Shown in pieces: positions 17,513-26,442 of a stretch of DNA of 31,257 nt. The position numbers and the translations under genes are program-made. The number at the start of each line of letters is the position of its first letter. Position 1 is the first letter of the stretch. Source of the stretch: an uncultured Deinococcales bacterium (GTDB lineage: Bacteria > Deinococcota > Deinococci > Deinococcales > JAAFIG01); contig CAXTKV010000040.1 in the NCBI GenBank assembly GCA_964244895.1, positions 1 to 31,257 on the forward strand. Reading direction: 5' to 3'. Under the pieces are notes generated by a model. The model was not told the origin of the DNA. It saw only the letters and a program-made list of their open reading frames with translations, and made no database searches.

Positions 17513-18448
17513 TCAGGCGAGATCGGACTGGTCGGCGCGGAACAGGCGAAGCTGAACGATCGAAAAGAAAATCAAGATCGCGAACAGCGTCATGGACAGC
17601 GCCGTGGCGTAACCCATCTTGAAGAAGGTGAAGGCATTGCTGTAGATGTAGAAGACCAGCACGCGCGTGGCGTCGATCGGGCCTCCGGCGGTCGTGACGG
17701 CGATCGTGTCGAAAATCTGGAACGAACCCACGATGCTCGTGACCAACACGAAAACCGTGACTGGACGAAGGAGCGGTAACGTGATGCGCCAGAAGGTCGT
17801 CCACTCGCTCGAGCCGTCGATGGTCGCGGCCTCGTAGACGGATTTCGGGATGCCCTGTAAACCGGCGTAGAACAAGAGCGCCGTCAGACCCGAGTGCCGC
17901 CAGATGTTGATCGCGGCGATGGTCGGTAGCGCCAGTTGCGGTGACCCGAGGAAAGACTGGTGCGGCACGCCGAACCAGCTCAGGAACGAATTGACGATGC
18001 CCAGCAGCGGATCGAGCATCCAGGTGAAGATCATCGCGGCGATCACGTTCGAGATCAGGTACGGCAGGATCAGCGCGCCGCGCACGAACATGGATTTGGT
18101 CAACCGATCCATGGCCACGGCCAGGAACAACCCGATCACCGTCTGGATCGGGATGTTCATGATCACGTACAGAAAAGTGGTTTTGAGCGCGTTCCAGAAC
18201 GCCGGATCGGCCAGCATCGTCTTGTAATTCTCGAGCCCCACGAAGGTCGGTTCCCGAAGGAGGTTCCAGTTGGTCGTGCTGATCCACAGGCCGCGCAGGG
18301 TCGGGTACAGGTAAAAGAGTGCAAAGCCCACCATGCACGGCAGGATGAACAACCAGGCCGTCACGGTTTCCGCGTTGACGATCTTCCGCCACGGGTTCTG
18401 CGCGGTCGTCGGGAGCTGGGTTTGCCGGTACGCCGTATCCGTGTTCAT
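17513..18448 (-). CDS. Carbohydrate ABC transporter permease (MalF-type)
   Basis: FVGLENY, AGLQGIPKSVYEAATIDG EAA loop, FQIFD, TAGGP; start set to ATG 18448 behind GGAGG. Confidence 0.94.
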   Translation of the reverse strand: MNTDTAYRQTQLPTTAQNPWRKIVNAETVTAWLFILPCMVGFALFYLYPTLRGLWISTTNWNLLREPTFVGLENYKTMLADPAFWNALKTTFLYVIMNIPIQTVIGLFLAVAMDRLTKSMFVRGALILPYLISNVIAAMIFTWMLDPLLGIVNSFLSWFGVPHQSFLGSPQLALPTIAAINIWRHSGLTALLFYAGLQGIPKSVYEAATIDGSSEWTTFWRITLPLLRPVTVFVLVTSIVGSFQIFDTIAVTTAGGPIDATRVLVFYIYSNAFTFFKMGYATALSMTLFAILIFFSIVQLRLFRADQSDLA

Positions 18449-18527
18449 CGTGGCCTCCGAATCGGGCTGCGCCCAAGACAAAGCAAGGTGATCGACGACT
18501 CGATTGCGGCGCGACCGCAACCCCTAG

Positions 18528-18539
18528 TAACGCGTGTTA
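18528..18539. promoter_or_regulatory. Candidate LacI-family operator TAACGCGTGTTA
   Basis: One mismatch from the CG-centred palindrome TAACACGTGTTA; lies just downstream of the predicted promoter. Confidence 0.65.
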
Positions 18540-18554
18540 GTTGGCTGTGAGCGC

Positions 18555-18584
18555 AAATTACCGCAACCCCGGAGAATTTGTCAA
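18555..18584 (-). promoter_or_regulatory. Sigma70-type promoter of the alpha-galactoside locus
   Basis: Minus strand TTGACA (18584-18579) - 18 nt - TAATTT (18560-18555). Confidence 0.7.
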
Positions 18585-18857
18585 TGGGCTCCGAGAAATG
18601 GCCGAAATGCTCGCCGTTTTTTTGCGCCGGGACGAAACCTCTCGGAGGCGAAATACAGCGGTTTTTGAAATGGTTCGGAAGAACCAGGCGAGAATGTTCT
18701 TCGCTGATCCTGATTTCAGGCCGTCGTACTCGACAAACGCTCCGTCCAAACGAGTACCGCTATCAGATGCCGTCTTCGAGGTGCCACCCCGGTGTTCTCG
18801 AGCCTTCGGATGCCGTAGAACCGATGGGTGCGGTTCGCTTCTCGAATGCCCAACAAA

Positions 18858-18915
18858 GAACACCGTCCAGGACGGTGCTCTGAGAGGTTCAGTATTCGCG
18901 TGCTACACGGTGTTC
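18858..18915. repeat. REP-like repeat (perfect copy plus half copy)
   Basis: CACCGTCCAGGACGGTG at 18861-18877; ACGGTGTTC at 18907-18915. Confidence 0.88.
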
Positions 18916-18937
18916 TCGAGCGAGAGCAGGTTCCCGA

Positions 18938-19927
18938 TCAACCCTGAAGGATCGCCTCTAACCCTTGCAACTCGTCATCGGCGAAGTGCAGACCCTCTAA
19001 CGCACCCACCGCATCGTCAATCTGCTCGATCCGGCTCGCGCCGATCAGCGCGGACGTGATTTCCGGGTGGCGCAAGACCCAGGCCAGCGCCATCTGCGCC
19101 AGCGTCTGACCCCTTTTCTGCGCCAGATCGTTCAGGCGCCGAACCTTCTCGAGTTTTTCATCTGTGACGTGTTCCGGCCTCAGGTACCCGTGCGCCTTCG
19201 ATGCCCTCGAACCCGTCGGGATGCCCGAGAGGTACTTGTCGGTCAGCAAGCCCTGCTCCAAGGGTGAGAACGCGATGCCGCCGATGCCCTCCTAGCGCAG
19301 TGCGTCCAGCAGGCCGTCCTCGACCCAACGGTCAAACATGCTGTAGCGCGGTTGGTGAATCACGCAAGGCGTGCCGAGCGCCTTCAGGATGCGGGACGCC
19401 TCACGGGTGCGTTCGGCGGGGTAATTCGAGATGCCTACGTAGAGCGCCTTGCCGCTCCTGACGATCTGATCGAGCGCCCCCATGGTCTCTTCCAGCGGCG
19501 TGTTCGGATCGGGGCGGTGGTGATAAAAAATGTCCACGTACTCGAGCCCCATGCGTTTCAGGCTCTGATCGAGGCTGGCGATCAGGTACTTGCGGGAACC
19601 CCATTCCCCGTAAGGGCCGGGCCACATCAGGTATCCGGCCTTGCTGGAAATAATCAATTCGTCGCGGAACGCGCCCAAATCGTCGCGCAGGAGCTTTCCG
19701 AAGGTCTCCTCGGCGCTGCCGGGCGGCGGGCCGTAATTGTTGGCCAGGTCGAAATGCGTGATGCCCAGATCGAAAGCGCGGCGCACCATCGCCCGCGCGT
19801 CCTCGAGGCGATCCACGCCGCCGAAGTTGTGCCACAACCCCAATGAAATGGCCGGGAGTTTCAGCCCGGAATGGCCGCTGTTGCGGTACTGCATCGCGTC
19901 GTACCGCGCGTCTGACGGTGAGTACAC
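18938..19927 (-). pseudogene. Aldo/keto reductase (L-glyceraldehyde 3-phosphate reductase YghZ/MgrA-like) interrupted by an in-frame TAG at 19292-19294
   Basis: SLGLWHNFG, FDLANNYGPPPGSAE, SKAGY.MWPGPYG, HQPRYSM, then LLDALR*EGIGGIAFSPLEQGLLTDKYL continues in the same frame to 18938; GTG start at 19927 behind GAGGGGG. Confidence 0.85.
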
Positions 19928-20096
19928 GTGAACCCCCTCAAAAACCCTGAACGTGCGTTGAGGCACGAGCGTAACACGCGCCGATCCGGGTGATTGCGCG
20001 AGACAGAATAGGAATTCAGGCGATTGAACCGCAGCCCTCCGGGCTCGAGTCGCGGCGACAATAGGCCAACCCCGAACACCGCGCGAATGCTGGAAT

Positions 20097-20155
20097 ACCG
20101 TCCCAGACGGTGTTTTTATCGCAATTTGAACAAAATCACGTCCCAGACGGTGTTC
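20097..20155. repeat. REP-like repeat (two copies)
   Basis: ACCGTCCCAGACGGTGTT and CACGTCCCAGACGGTGTTC. Confidence 0.75.
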
Positions 20156-20226
20156 CCAGCCTCGCTGGAATTCTCTTCCAGGCTCCACCGTGCAGGTTGT
20201 GCGTCGAGCGCGCCGTTCAGCGCGGC

Positions 20227-20232
20227 TATAAT
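20227..20232 (+). promoter_or_regulatory. -10 box TATAAT of a leaderless transcript
   Basis: Perfect TATAAT followed by 6 nt and then ATG 20239; no SD in between. Confidence 0.75.
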
Positions 20233-20238
20233 CCTCAA

Positions 20239-21948
20239 ATGCAGCCCTCCAGCGCCGAACGCCAACGCCTGGTGCGGGTCGCGCGAGGGCTCGAGCCCGC
20301 CGATCTGGTCATCAGGAACGCTCGCGTGGCGGACGTGTTCACCCTGGAAATCGTGACGGCGGATGTGGCCATCTGCGGAGGCTGGATCGCGGGCGTCGGC
20401 GTCGGCTACCGCGCCAGGGAGATTTTCGAGGCCAACGGCGCGGTGCTCGCGCCGGGCCTGGTGGACGCGCACATACACCTAGAAAGCGCCATGATGACGC
20501 CGCGACGGTTCGCGGAAGTCGTGCTGCCGCGCGGCACGGTCGGCGTGGTGGCCGAACCGCACGAACTGGTCAACGTCGTCGGCATGCGCGGCCTGGAATG
20601 GACGCTCCAGGCTGGGCGAGGTTCGGGATTGCGCGTCTGGGCGAGCGTGCCTTCCTGCGTGCCCGCCAGCGGATTCGAGGCTTCGGGCGCGGTCGTCGGG
20701 CCGGAAGAAGTCGCCGCGGCCCTGGCGCTGCCCGGCGTGTTGGGTCTGGCCGAAATGATGAACTTCCCCGGCGTGCTGGGCGGCGATCCGAAAGTCTGGG
20801 CGATCCTCGAGGCCGCGCGCCACGCCCGCCGGGACGGGCACGCGGCGGGCGTGACCGGAGCGGACTGGACGGGCTACGCAGCGGCTGGACTGGAATCCGA
20901 TCACGAGGCCGTCACGCCCGAGCAAGCCCTGGAGCGCCTGCGCACCGGAACCTGGCTGATGGTGCGCGAGGGTTCCGCTGCCCGCAACCTGAAAGCCATC
21001 GCGCCCGTGCTGGAAAAATACCGTCCGACCCGCGCCATGTTCGTCAGCGACGACGTGGACGCCGCCGAACTGCTCGAGGCCGGACACCTCGATCGCGTGC
21101 TGCGCGAAGCTGTGCGCTTGGGCATTCACCCGGTTTACGCGCTGCGGCTCGCCAGCCTGGGTCCCGCCGAATACTGGCGCTTGCCCAACCGGGGCGCGAT
21201 CGCCCCCGGCCACGTGGCCGACCTGGCGCTTTTTGACGATTTGCGCCGCTGGAACACGCAAGCCGTCTGGGTCGGCGGCAGGCTGGTCGTGCAGGACGGC
21301 GAATTGCTGGATCGCCAGACCAACCCGCCGCCCATCGGCGGGCTGGAACGCACCGTGCAGCTATCGCACGATTGGACGGTCGAACGATTGCGCGTTCAGA
21401 CGGGTAAACCCATGCCGGTGATTGGCGTGCACCCCGACCAGATCTACACCGATACGCTCGAGCCCGCCGCCATCGCCCGATCCGAACCGGGGCGCGATCT
21501 GATCAAACTGGCCGTGATCGAACGCCACAAGGGAACGGGCCGCACCGGCGTCGGCTTCGCCAAAGGCATCGGCTTGAAACGCGGCGCGATCGGGCAGACC
21601 GTTTCACACGACGCGCACAACATCATCCTGGCGGGCGTCAACGACGAGGACATGGGCGTGGCCGCCCGCGAACTCGAGCGCATGGGCGGCGGCGCGGTGG
21701 TGGTGCTGTACGGGCAGGTGCTGGCGCGGCTCGAGCTGCCGATCGCCGGACTGGTTTCCGATGCGCCCCCGTTGCGGCTCGTGCTGGCGCAGCGCGCCCT
21801 GGAAGCCGCCGCGCGAGACCTGGGCTGCACGCTGCCGCACCCGATCATGACGCTGTCGTTCCTGGCGCTGTCCGTGATTCCCAGCCTGAAGATCACCGAT
21901 CAGGGTTTGTTCGACGTGCGCGCCTTTCAGTTGGTCGAGACGGATTGA
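20239..21948 (+). CDS. ade: Adenine deaminase (AdeC-type amidohydrolase)
   Basis: DAHIHLES, PHELVNV, AEMMNFPGV, DGH, SDHE, REGSAARN, SHDAHN, LSFLALSVIP motifs. Confidence 0.92.
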   Translation: MQPSSAERQRLVRVARGLEPADLVIRNARVADVFTLEIVTADVAICGGWIAGVGVGYRAREIFEANGAVLAPGLVDAHIHLESAMMTPRRFAEVVLPRGTVGVVAEPHELVNVVGMRGLEWTLQAGRGSGLRVWASVPSCVPASGFEASGAVVGPEEVAAALALPGVLGLAEMMNFPGVLGGDPKVWAILEAARHARRDGHAAGVTGADWTGYAAAGLESDHEAVTPEQALERLRTGTWLMVREGSAARNLKAIAPVLEKYRPTRAMFVSDDVDAAELLEAGHLDRVLREAVRLGIHPVYALRLASLGPAEYWRLPNRGAIAPGHVADLALFDDLRRWNTQAVWVGGRLVVQDGELLDRQTNPPPIGGLERTVQLSHDWTVERLRVQTGKPMPVIGVHPDQIYTDTLEPAAIARSEPGRDLIKLAVIERHKGTGRTGVGFAKGIGLKRGAIGQTVSHDAHNIILAGVNDEDMGVAARELERMGGGAVVVLYGQVLARLELPIAGLVSDAPPLRLVLAQRALEAAARDLGCTLPHPIMTLSFLALSVIPSLKITDQGLFDVRAFQLVETD

Positions 21949-21963
21949 TCTTTGAGGCTAACC

Positions 21964-22230
21964 ATGTCCTGGACGAAATGGTTTCGAGCGCGCGCTCAAC
22001 GCAAAAACTGGGAGGTTTGGAAGCTTAAGATGCGCTCAGACATCGCGCTCCTGGCGGAAGCGAAACTCGGACGCTCGATGACGGTCAGTGAGCGCGGTGG
22101 ACTCGAGAAAATCCATTCAGGAATGATGCTCGAGTCCGTGTGGCAGAAGTTTGCATTCGAGGGAACCACGGCGCATCAGGTTGACATCGATCTTGGTTTC
22201 TTTGCGAGCCTCGCCTATCCGGAACGGTGA
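21964..22230 (+). CDS. Small hypothetical protein (88 aa)
   Basis: ATG 21964 preceded by GAGG, 15 nt after the ade stop; fills the gap; no recognisable motif. Confidence 0.5.
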   Translation: MSWTKWFRARAQRKNWEVWKLKMRSDIALLAEAKLGRSMTVSERGGLEKIHSGMMLESVWQKFAFEGTTAHQVDIDLGFFASLAYPER

Positions 22231-22276
22231 GGCCGGACTTCATTGGCGAGTCCGTGCTCGAGATGTCGATGCTTGA

Positions 22277-22324
22277 GAACACTGTCCAGTACGCGTTTGA
22301 GTGGTAGCGCGCTGGACGGTGTTC
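22277..22324. repeat. REP-like inverted repeat pair
   Basis: GAACACTGTCCAG ... CTGGACGGTGTTC. Confidence 0.8.
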
Positions 22325-22399
22325 GTGTTCGAGATACCCAGCGATCTCCGTTGCCGAACGTCCTCGAGATCGCCAGGCGAGGCAAAATGATGAATTCAC

Positions 22400-22930
22400 T
22401 CACAAGAACGTGAACGATCCCAGAATCGTGCCGCCCGTGGCGCGCAAACGATCGTAATTCTGGCGGTCGCACTCAAAAGTAAACGAGTACAATCGGCCCG
22501 CGCGCACCGTGTACACCACGAAACCCGCGAACAAGAACTTGCCTTGCCGCGCCGTGAACAACAATTGCGTGGCCGCGCTGCCGCCGAGCGAGCCGGATTC
22601 TTTTTTGTAGAGCTTGTAATCCGTCAGGATCGTGGTGAACGTGTCCTGAATCAGCCTGTCGGCGCTCACCAGCGTGACGTTCGGTTTGACTGGCCCGGCG
22701 GTGACGGTGACGCTCGAGAGGTAGCCCTTTTTGACGGTCGCGTCCACGAACATGACCGTGCGACCGTTCGGATTCTCGCGCAGCTGCCAGGTGTCCGGGT
22801 ATTTCAGGCTGAACCCGAGCGCGGCGCTCGAGTACGTGGGGTTGGTCTGCGCATCCGCCAACGCGTTGGGTTGCGTACCCACCAACGCGATGCCGACGAG
22901 AACCAGGGCGGTCAGAAGGATTCGTCTCAT
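22400..22930 (-). CDS. Exported PsbP/DcrB-like protein
   Basis: Signal peptide MRRILLTALVLVGIALVG; GFSLKYPDTW N-terminal and ILGSFTF C-terminal patterns; start 22930 preferred over 22939 because the TAGAAT box is only 1 nt before 22939. Confidence 0.7.
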   Translation of the reverse strand: MRRILLTALVLVGIALVGTQPNALADAQTNPTYSSAALGFSLKYPDTWQLRENPNGRTVMFVDATVKKGYLSSVTVTAGPVKPNVTLVSADRLIQDTFTTILTDYKLYKKESGSLGGSAATQLLFTARQGKFLFAGFVVYTVRAGRLYSFTFECDRQNYDRLRATGGTILGSFTFL

Positions 22931-23005
22931 GTCTGTCATGATTCTAGCGGAATTGGTTCAAAACCATCCGAAAGTTGACCAGCGCTTTCGCGCTAGACTG
23001 ACCGG

Positions 23006-23713
23006 ATGAAATTTCGTTATTTTGACCTGATCCTGGGCGCGTTCGCGGTCGCGCTGGTGGTTTCCAACATCGCCAGCACGAAAATTGCCACGCTGCAACT
23101 GGGCGCGTGGAAACCCACTTTTGACGGCGGGACGTTCCTGTTCCCGCTGACCTACATTTTTGGTGACGTGCTGACGGAAGTCTACGGTTACGCCCGGTCG
23201 CGGCGCGTGATCTGGTTCGGCATGGCCATGAACCTCTTGGCCAGCCTGGTGTTCGCGCTGGTCGGCTTGCTGCCAACCGATCCCTCGAGCCCGACCAAAG
23301 GCGCGTTCGAGGCCGTGCTGGGCTTCGTGCCGCAGATCGTATTCGCGTCCCTGGCCGCGTTTTTCCTGGGCGAATTCCTGAACGCCTTCGTGCTGGCCAA
23401 GCTGAAGGTGGCCACCAAAGGCCGCTTCTTGTGGACGCGCACCATCGGCAGCACGCTGGTCGGGGAGGCGGCGGACACGCTGACCTTCACGATGCTGGCC
23501 TTCGGCATCGGCCTGAACGCGCTTCCGCAGGAGGTGTTGGTGTCCATTATCGTCACGAATTACGTCTATAAGGTCGCGCTCGAGGTGATCCTGACGCCCG
23601 TGACGTACGCCGTGGTGGGCTTCCTGAAGCGCGCCGAGGGCGTGGATTATTACGACGCGCGCACGAATTTCAACCCGTTCAGGCTGGATCTCGAGGCCGA
23701 CCCAGGGGCGTGA
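23006..23713 (+). CDS. Queuosine precursor transporter (VUT/YhhQ family)
   Basis: SNIASTK, FLFPLTYIFGDVLTEVYGY, ASLAAF, LWTRTIGSTLVGE motifs; TAGACT 6 nt upstream of ATG (leaderless). Confidence 0.9.
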   Translation: MKFRYFDLILGAFAVALVVSNIASTKIATLQLGAWKPTFDGGTFLFPLTYIFGDVLTEVYGYARSRRVIWFGMAMNLLASLVFALVGLLPTDPSSPTKGAFEAVLGFVPQIVFASLAAFFLGEFLNAFVLAKLKVATKGRFLWTRTIGSTLVGEAADTLTFTMLAFGIGLNALPQEVLVSIIVTNYVYKVALEVILTPVTYAVVGFLKRAEGVDYYDARTNFNPFRLDLEADPGA

Positions 23714-23752
23714 GTCCAGGACTTTTCGGGGACGGAATCGCGCCGTGAGGTG

Positions 23753-23858
23753 AGGGCAGGTAATCGACTTGTGCCGACAGGGAATGAGCCTCGCGTTCCC
23801 TCGAGCCGTCGGGGTTTCTCGAGCGCACACCCGACGGACGGAACGCGAGGTGTGCCCT
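23753..23858. other. Extended nested stem-loop between convergent genes
   Basis: AGGGCA/TGCCCT, CCTCGCGTTCC/GGAACGCGAGG (23789-23799/23840-23850), CCGTCGGG/CCCGACGG (23806-23813/23830-23837). Confidence 0.6.
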
Positions 23859-23882
23859 TGCTGGGATTTCGACCTCGAGCCG

Positions 23883-23929
23883 AAAACACCGTCCAGGACG
23901 CGATTCTATGAATGCTGTCCTGGACGGTC
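23883..23929. repeat. REP-like inverted repeat pair abutting a stop codon
   Basis: ACCGTCCAGGAC ... GTCCTGGACGGT, ending directly next to the TGA at 23930-23932. Confidence 0.9.
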
Positions 23930-24925
23930 TCAATTGATTTTGATGGTCGATCCCGTGCGGGCGGAACGCATCAGCGCATCGACCACTTTGGCCTGACGCA
24001 CGGCGTCCTCGGGTGGAAATCGCAGGGGTTCGATGCCGCGCACGGCGTTCGAGAAGTGCTCGAGCATCAGTCGGTACTGATCCGCGCCGCGCACCAGGCA
24101 CAATTCGCCATCCAGGAAGTACCCGGCGTCGCCCAGACCGGGTTGCCACGGCATGGCCAGCGTGATCGTGCCTTTCTCGCCGACCAGCTCGAGTTGCTGG
24201 CGTCTCGCGCCCTGCAACGAACATTCCAGCACGCCGCGCACGCCGTCGCCAAAATCCAATAGGCCGTAGAAGGATTCGTCCACGCCGGTGCGCCCCAGGT
24301 TGGCCTCGCCGATCACGCCGATCGGTTCACGCCCGACGAAACCCCTCGAGACGCTGACGCCGTAACAGCCGATGTCGAACAGCGCGCCGCCACCCAACGG
24401 GCGCGACCAGCGAAAATCTTCGGCCCGCTCGAGGTGATAAGAAAACGCTGACCTGACCAACCGCAAGTCGCCGATGGCTCCGTCCGCCACCAGCCAGCGC
24501 ACTTCCTCGAATTGCGGGTGAAAGCGGTACATGAAGGCTTCCATCACCAGCAGGTAGTTCTCTTTGGCTCTGGCGGTCATGGCGAGCGCTTCGTAGGCGT
24601 TCAGTGCGAAGGGTTTCTCGACCAGCACGTGCTTGCCCGCTTCCAGCGCGCGTTGCGCCCAGAGCGCGTGATCGGCGTTGGTCAGCGCGATGTAGACGGC
24701 TTCGATATCCGGGTTGTAGAGCAGCGGCTCGTAAGCGCCGTAGTACTCGGGGATGTCGTGATCTTCGGCAAATTTCGCGGCGCGTTTCAGGTCGCGCGAG
24801 GCGATGGCCACGATCTTCGCGTTGCTCGCGTGGCGCATCGCGGGCAGGATCGCCTTGCCCGCGATTCTGGCCGCGCCGAGGATGCCCCAGCCGACGGGGT
24901 TGCTCGAGACTCGAGGATCGTTCAT
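23930..24925 (-). CDS. Gfo/Idh/MocA family oxidoreductase
   Basis: WGILGAARIA, AGKHVLVEKP, EAFMYRFHPQ, GGGALFDIGCY motifs. Confidence 0.93.
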   Translation of the reverse strand: MNDPRVSSNPVGWGILGAARIAGKAILPAMRHASNAKIVAIASRDLKRAAKFAEDHDIPEYYGAYEPLLYNPDIEAVYIALTNADHALWAQRALEAGKHVLVEKPFALNAYEALAMTARAKENYLLVMEAFMYRFHPQFEEVRWLVADGAIGDLRLVRSAFSYHLERAEDFRWSRPLGGGALFDIGCYGVSVSRGFVGREPIGVIGEANLGRTGVDESFYGLLDFGDGVRGVLECSLQGARRQQLELVGEKGTITLAMPWQPGLGDAGYFLDGELCLVRGADQYRLMLEHFSNAVRGIEPLRFPPEDAVRQAKVVDALMRSARTGSTIKIN

Positions 24926-25078
24926 CAATGTTTAATCTATCCTGGAATTTCGTTCTGACATGCACGAAAAGACCGTTCAGCGCCTCTTCTCGCCCCGCTC
25001 GGGAAGGCCTGGCAGCTCGAGATCGTGGGCGTCAACGCGATACTTGATGGTGCGCCAGCCGCTTCACGGGCGCACGTT

Positions 25079-26173
25079 TCAATGCCCCGGCGCACCAGGC
25101 AGGCTCGGCAAAAAGAAGAACGCGATCGCCAGAATCAGGTACACGCCCAGCAGCATCAACCCCTCCAGCCAGTTGGTTTCACCGTCCTGGGCCACACTGT
25201 TGGCGATCAAGACTGCACCGACCAGCGTCACCAGTTCCAGCGGGTTGTTCAAGACCAGATCCATGCGCTTACCGATCAACCACGACAGAATCACCAGCAC
25301 CGGTGCGACCAGCAACGCCACCTGGATGGTGCTGCCGATGGCGATGGTCACGGCCAGTTCCATGCGGTTCTTGAGCGCGAACACGACCGCGCTGGCGTGC
25401 TCTGCGGCGTTGCCGACGATCGGGATGATGACCAGACCGACGAAGAATTCGGACAACCCGAAGGTCTTCGTGAAACCCTCGATGGACGCCACCAGGAATT
25501 CGGACATGAACCCGACCATCACGGTCGCACCCAGCAGCACGCCCAGCGCCAACGGAACGCTCCAGGTCGCGGCGTGCTCTTCGGTGTCCTCATCAGCGCT
25601 CGAGAGCAAATCCTTGTGCGTCACCAGCGTGAACACGATGTTGCCCGCGTACAGGGCCAGCATCACCAGCGATACACCCAGGGCCAGGTTCGTGTCGTCG
25701 ATCCTGACCTTGCTGGCATCGATGCCGAAGCTGCGTTCGGTGAAATCGAACAGCGCCGGAACCAGAAACGCGATCACGCTGATCACCAGCAGGCTAGCCG
25801 CGATGCGCGCGTTGGCCGGATTGAAGGTCTGCTTCGGGTATTTCAAGCCGCCCAGAAAGACCGCCAATCCCAGCACCAACAGCAGATTCCCGATGATCGA
25901 ACCCGTGATGCTGGCCTTGACCACCTCGAACTTGCCCGCCGACAGCGCGAAAAACGCGATGATCAATTCCGTGGCGTTGCCGAAAGTCGCGTTCAAGAGC
26001 CCGCCGATGGTCGCGCCCGTCCTGGCCGCGAGTTCTTCGGTGGCGCGACCCATCAAGCCCGCCAGCGGCAAAATGGCCAGAGCCGAAATCGCGAAAATCC
26101 AGACCGCGTCCGGCTGAACGATGAATTCCAGTACGAAAGCCACGGGTACCAATACGAGCAACCAGTTCAGCAC
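25079..26173 (-). CDS. cax: Ca2+/H+ exchanger (CAX family), copy 1
   Basis: alpha1 GGLLNATFGNATE and alpha2 GNAAEH motifs; start set to GTG 26173 (MLNWLL, same as the paralogue), 6 nt after TAATAT. Confidence 0.93.
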   Translation of the reverse strand: MLNWLLVLVPVAFVLEFIVQPDAVWIFAISALAILPLAGLMGRATEELAARTGATIGGLLNATFGNATELIIAFFALSAGKFEVVKASITGSIIGNLLLVLGLAVFLGGLKYPKQTFNPANARIAASLLVISVIAFLVPALFDFTERSFGIDASKVRIDDTNLALGVSLVMLALYAGNIVFTLVTHKDLLSSADEDTEEHAATWSVPLALGVLLGATVMVGFMSEFLVASIEGFTKTFGLSEFFVGLVIIPIVGNAAEHASAVVFALKNRMELAVTIAIGSTIQVALLVAPVLVILSWLIGKRMDLVLNNPLELVTLVGAVLIANSVAQDGETNWLEGLMLLGVYLILAIAFFFLPSLPGAPGH

Positions 26174-26368
26174 GCTCAAATATTAACCGGATCGCCCGGA
26201 CGCGGCGCGCGGGCTCGAGCATTGAGGGCGTAGCGAACTCGAGCGCTCGGTTGTCGCCGCGAACTCGAGCGCTCGAGTTGTATGCCTGGAGCGCCCAAGA
26301 GCGTTGTCCAGTATCCGCCTGAGGGCTGAAGCGCGTTCAGCAGACCATCGGCCAGGTGCGTTTCAGGC

Positions 26369-26427
26369 GAACATCGTCCTGGACGCGACGTTTGAGCATC
26401 CAACACTCACCGCGCTGGACGGTGCTC
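26369..26427. repeat. REP-like degenerate inverted repeat pair
   Basis: GAACATCGTCCTGGACG ... CTGGACGGTGCTC. Confidence 0.75.
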
Positions 26428-26442
26428 GCGGCGCGCGCGATT

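Noticed and set aside
18541..19059. ORFs in the gap between the galactoside promoter and the reductase gene
   Set aside because: No motifs or convincing RBS; they overlap promoter and repeat elements
19292..19294. Pyrrolysine insertion or amber recoding
   Set aside because: TAG serves as a normal stop for three genes in this window, no pyl genes are visible, and the position is outside the recognised catalytic motifs
22940..23005. preQ1 riboswitch upstream of the queuosine-precursor transporter
   Set aside because: The gap is short, holds two divergent -10 boxes, the gene appears leaderless and no preQ1 aptamer pattern is seen
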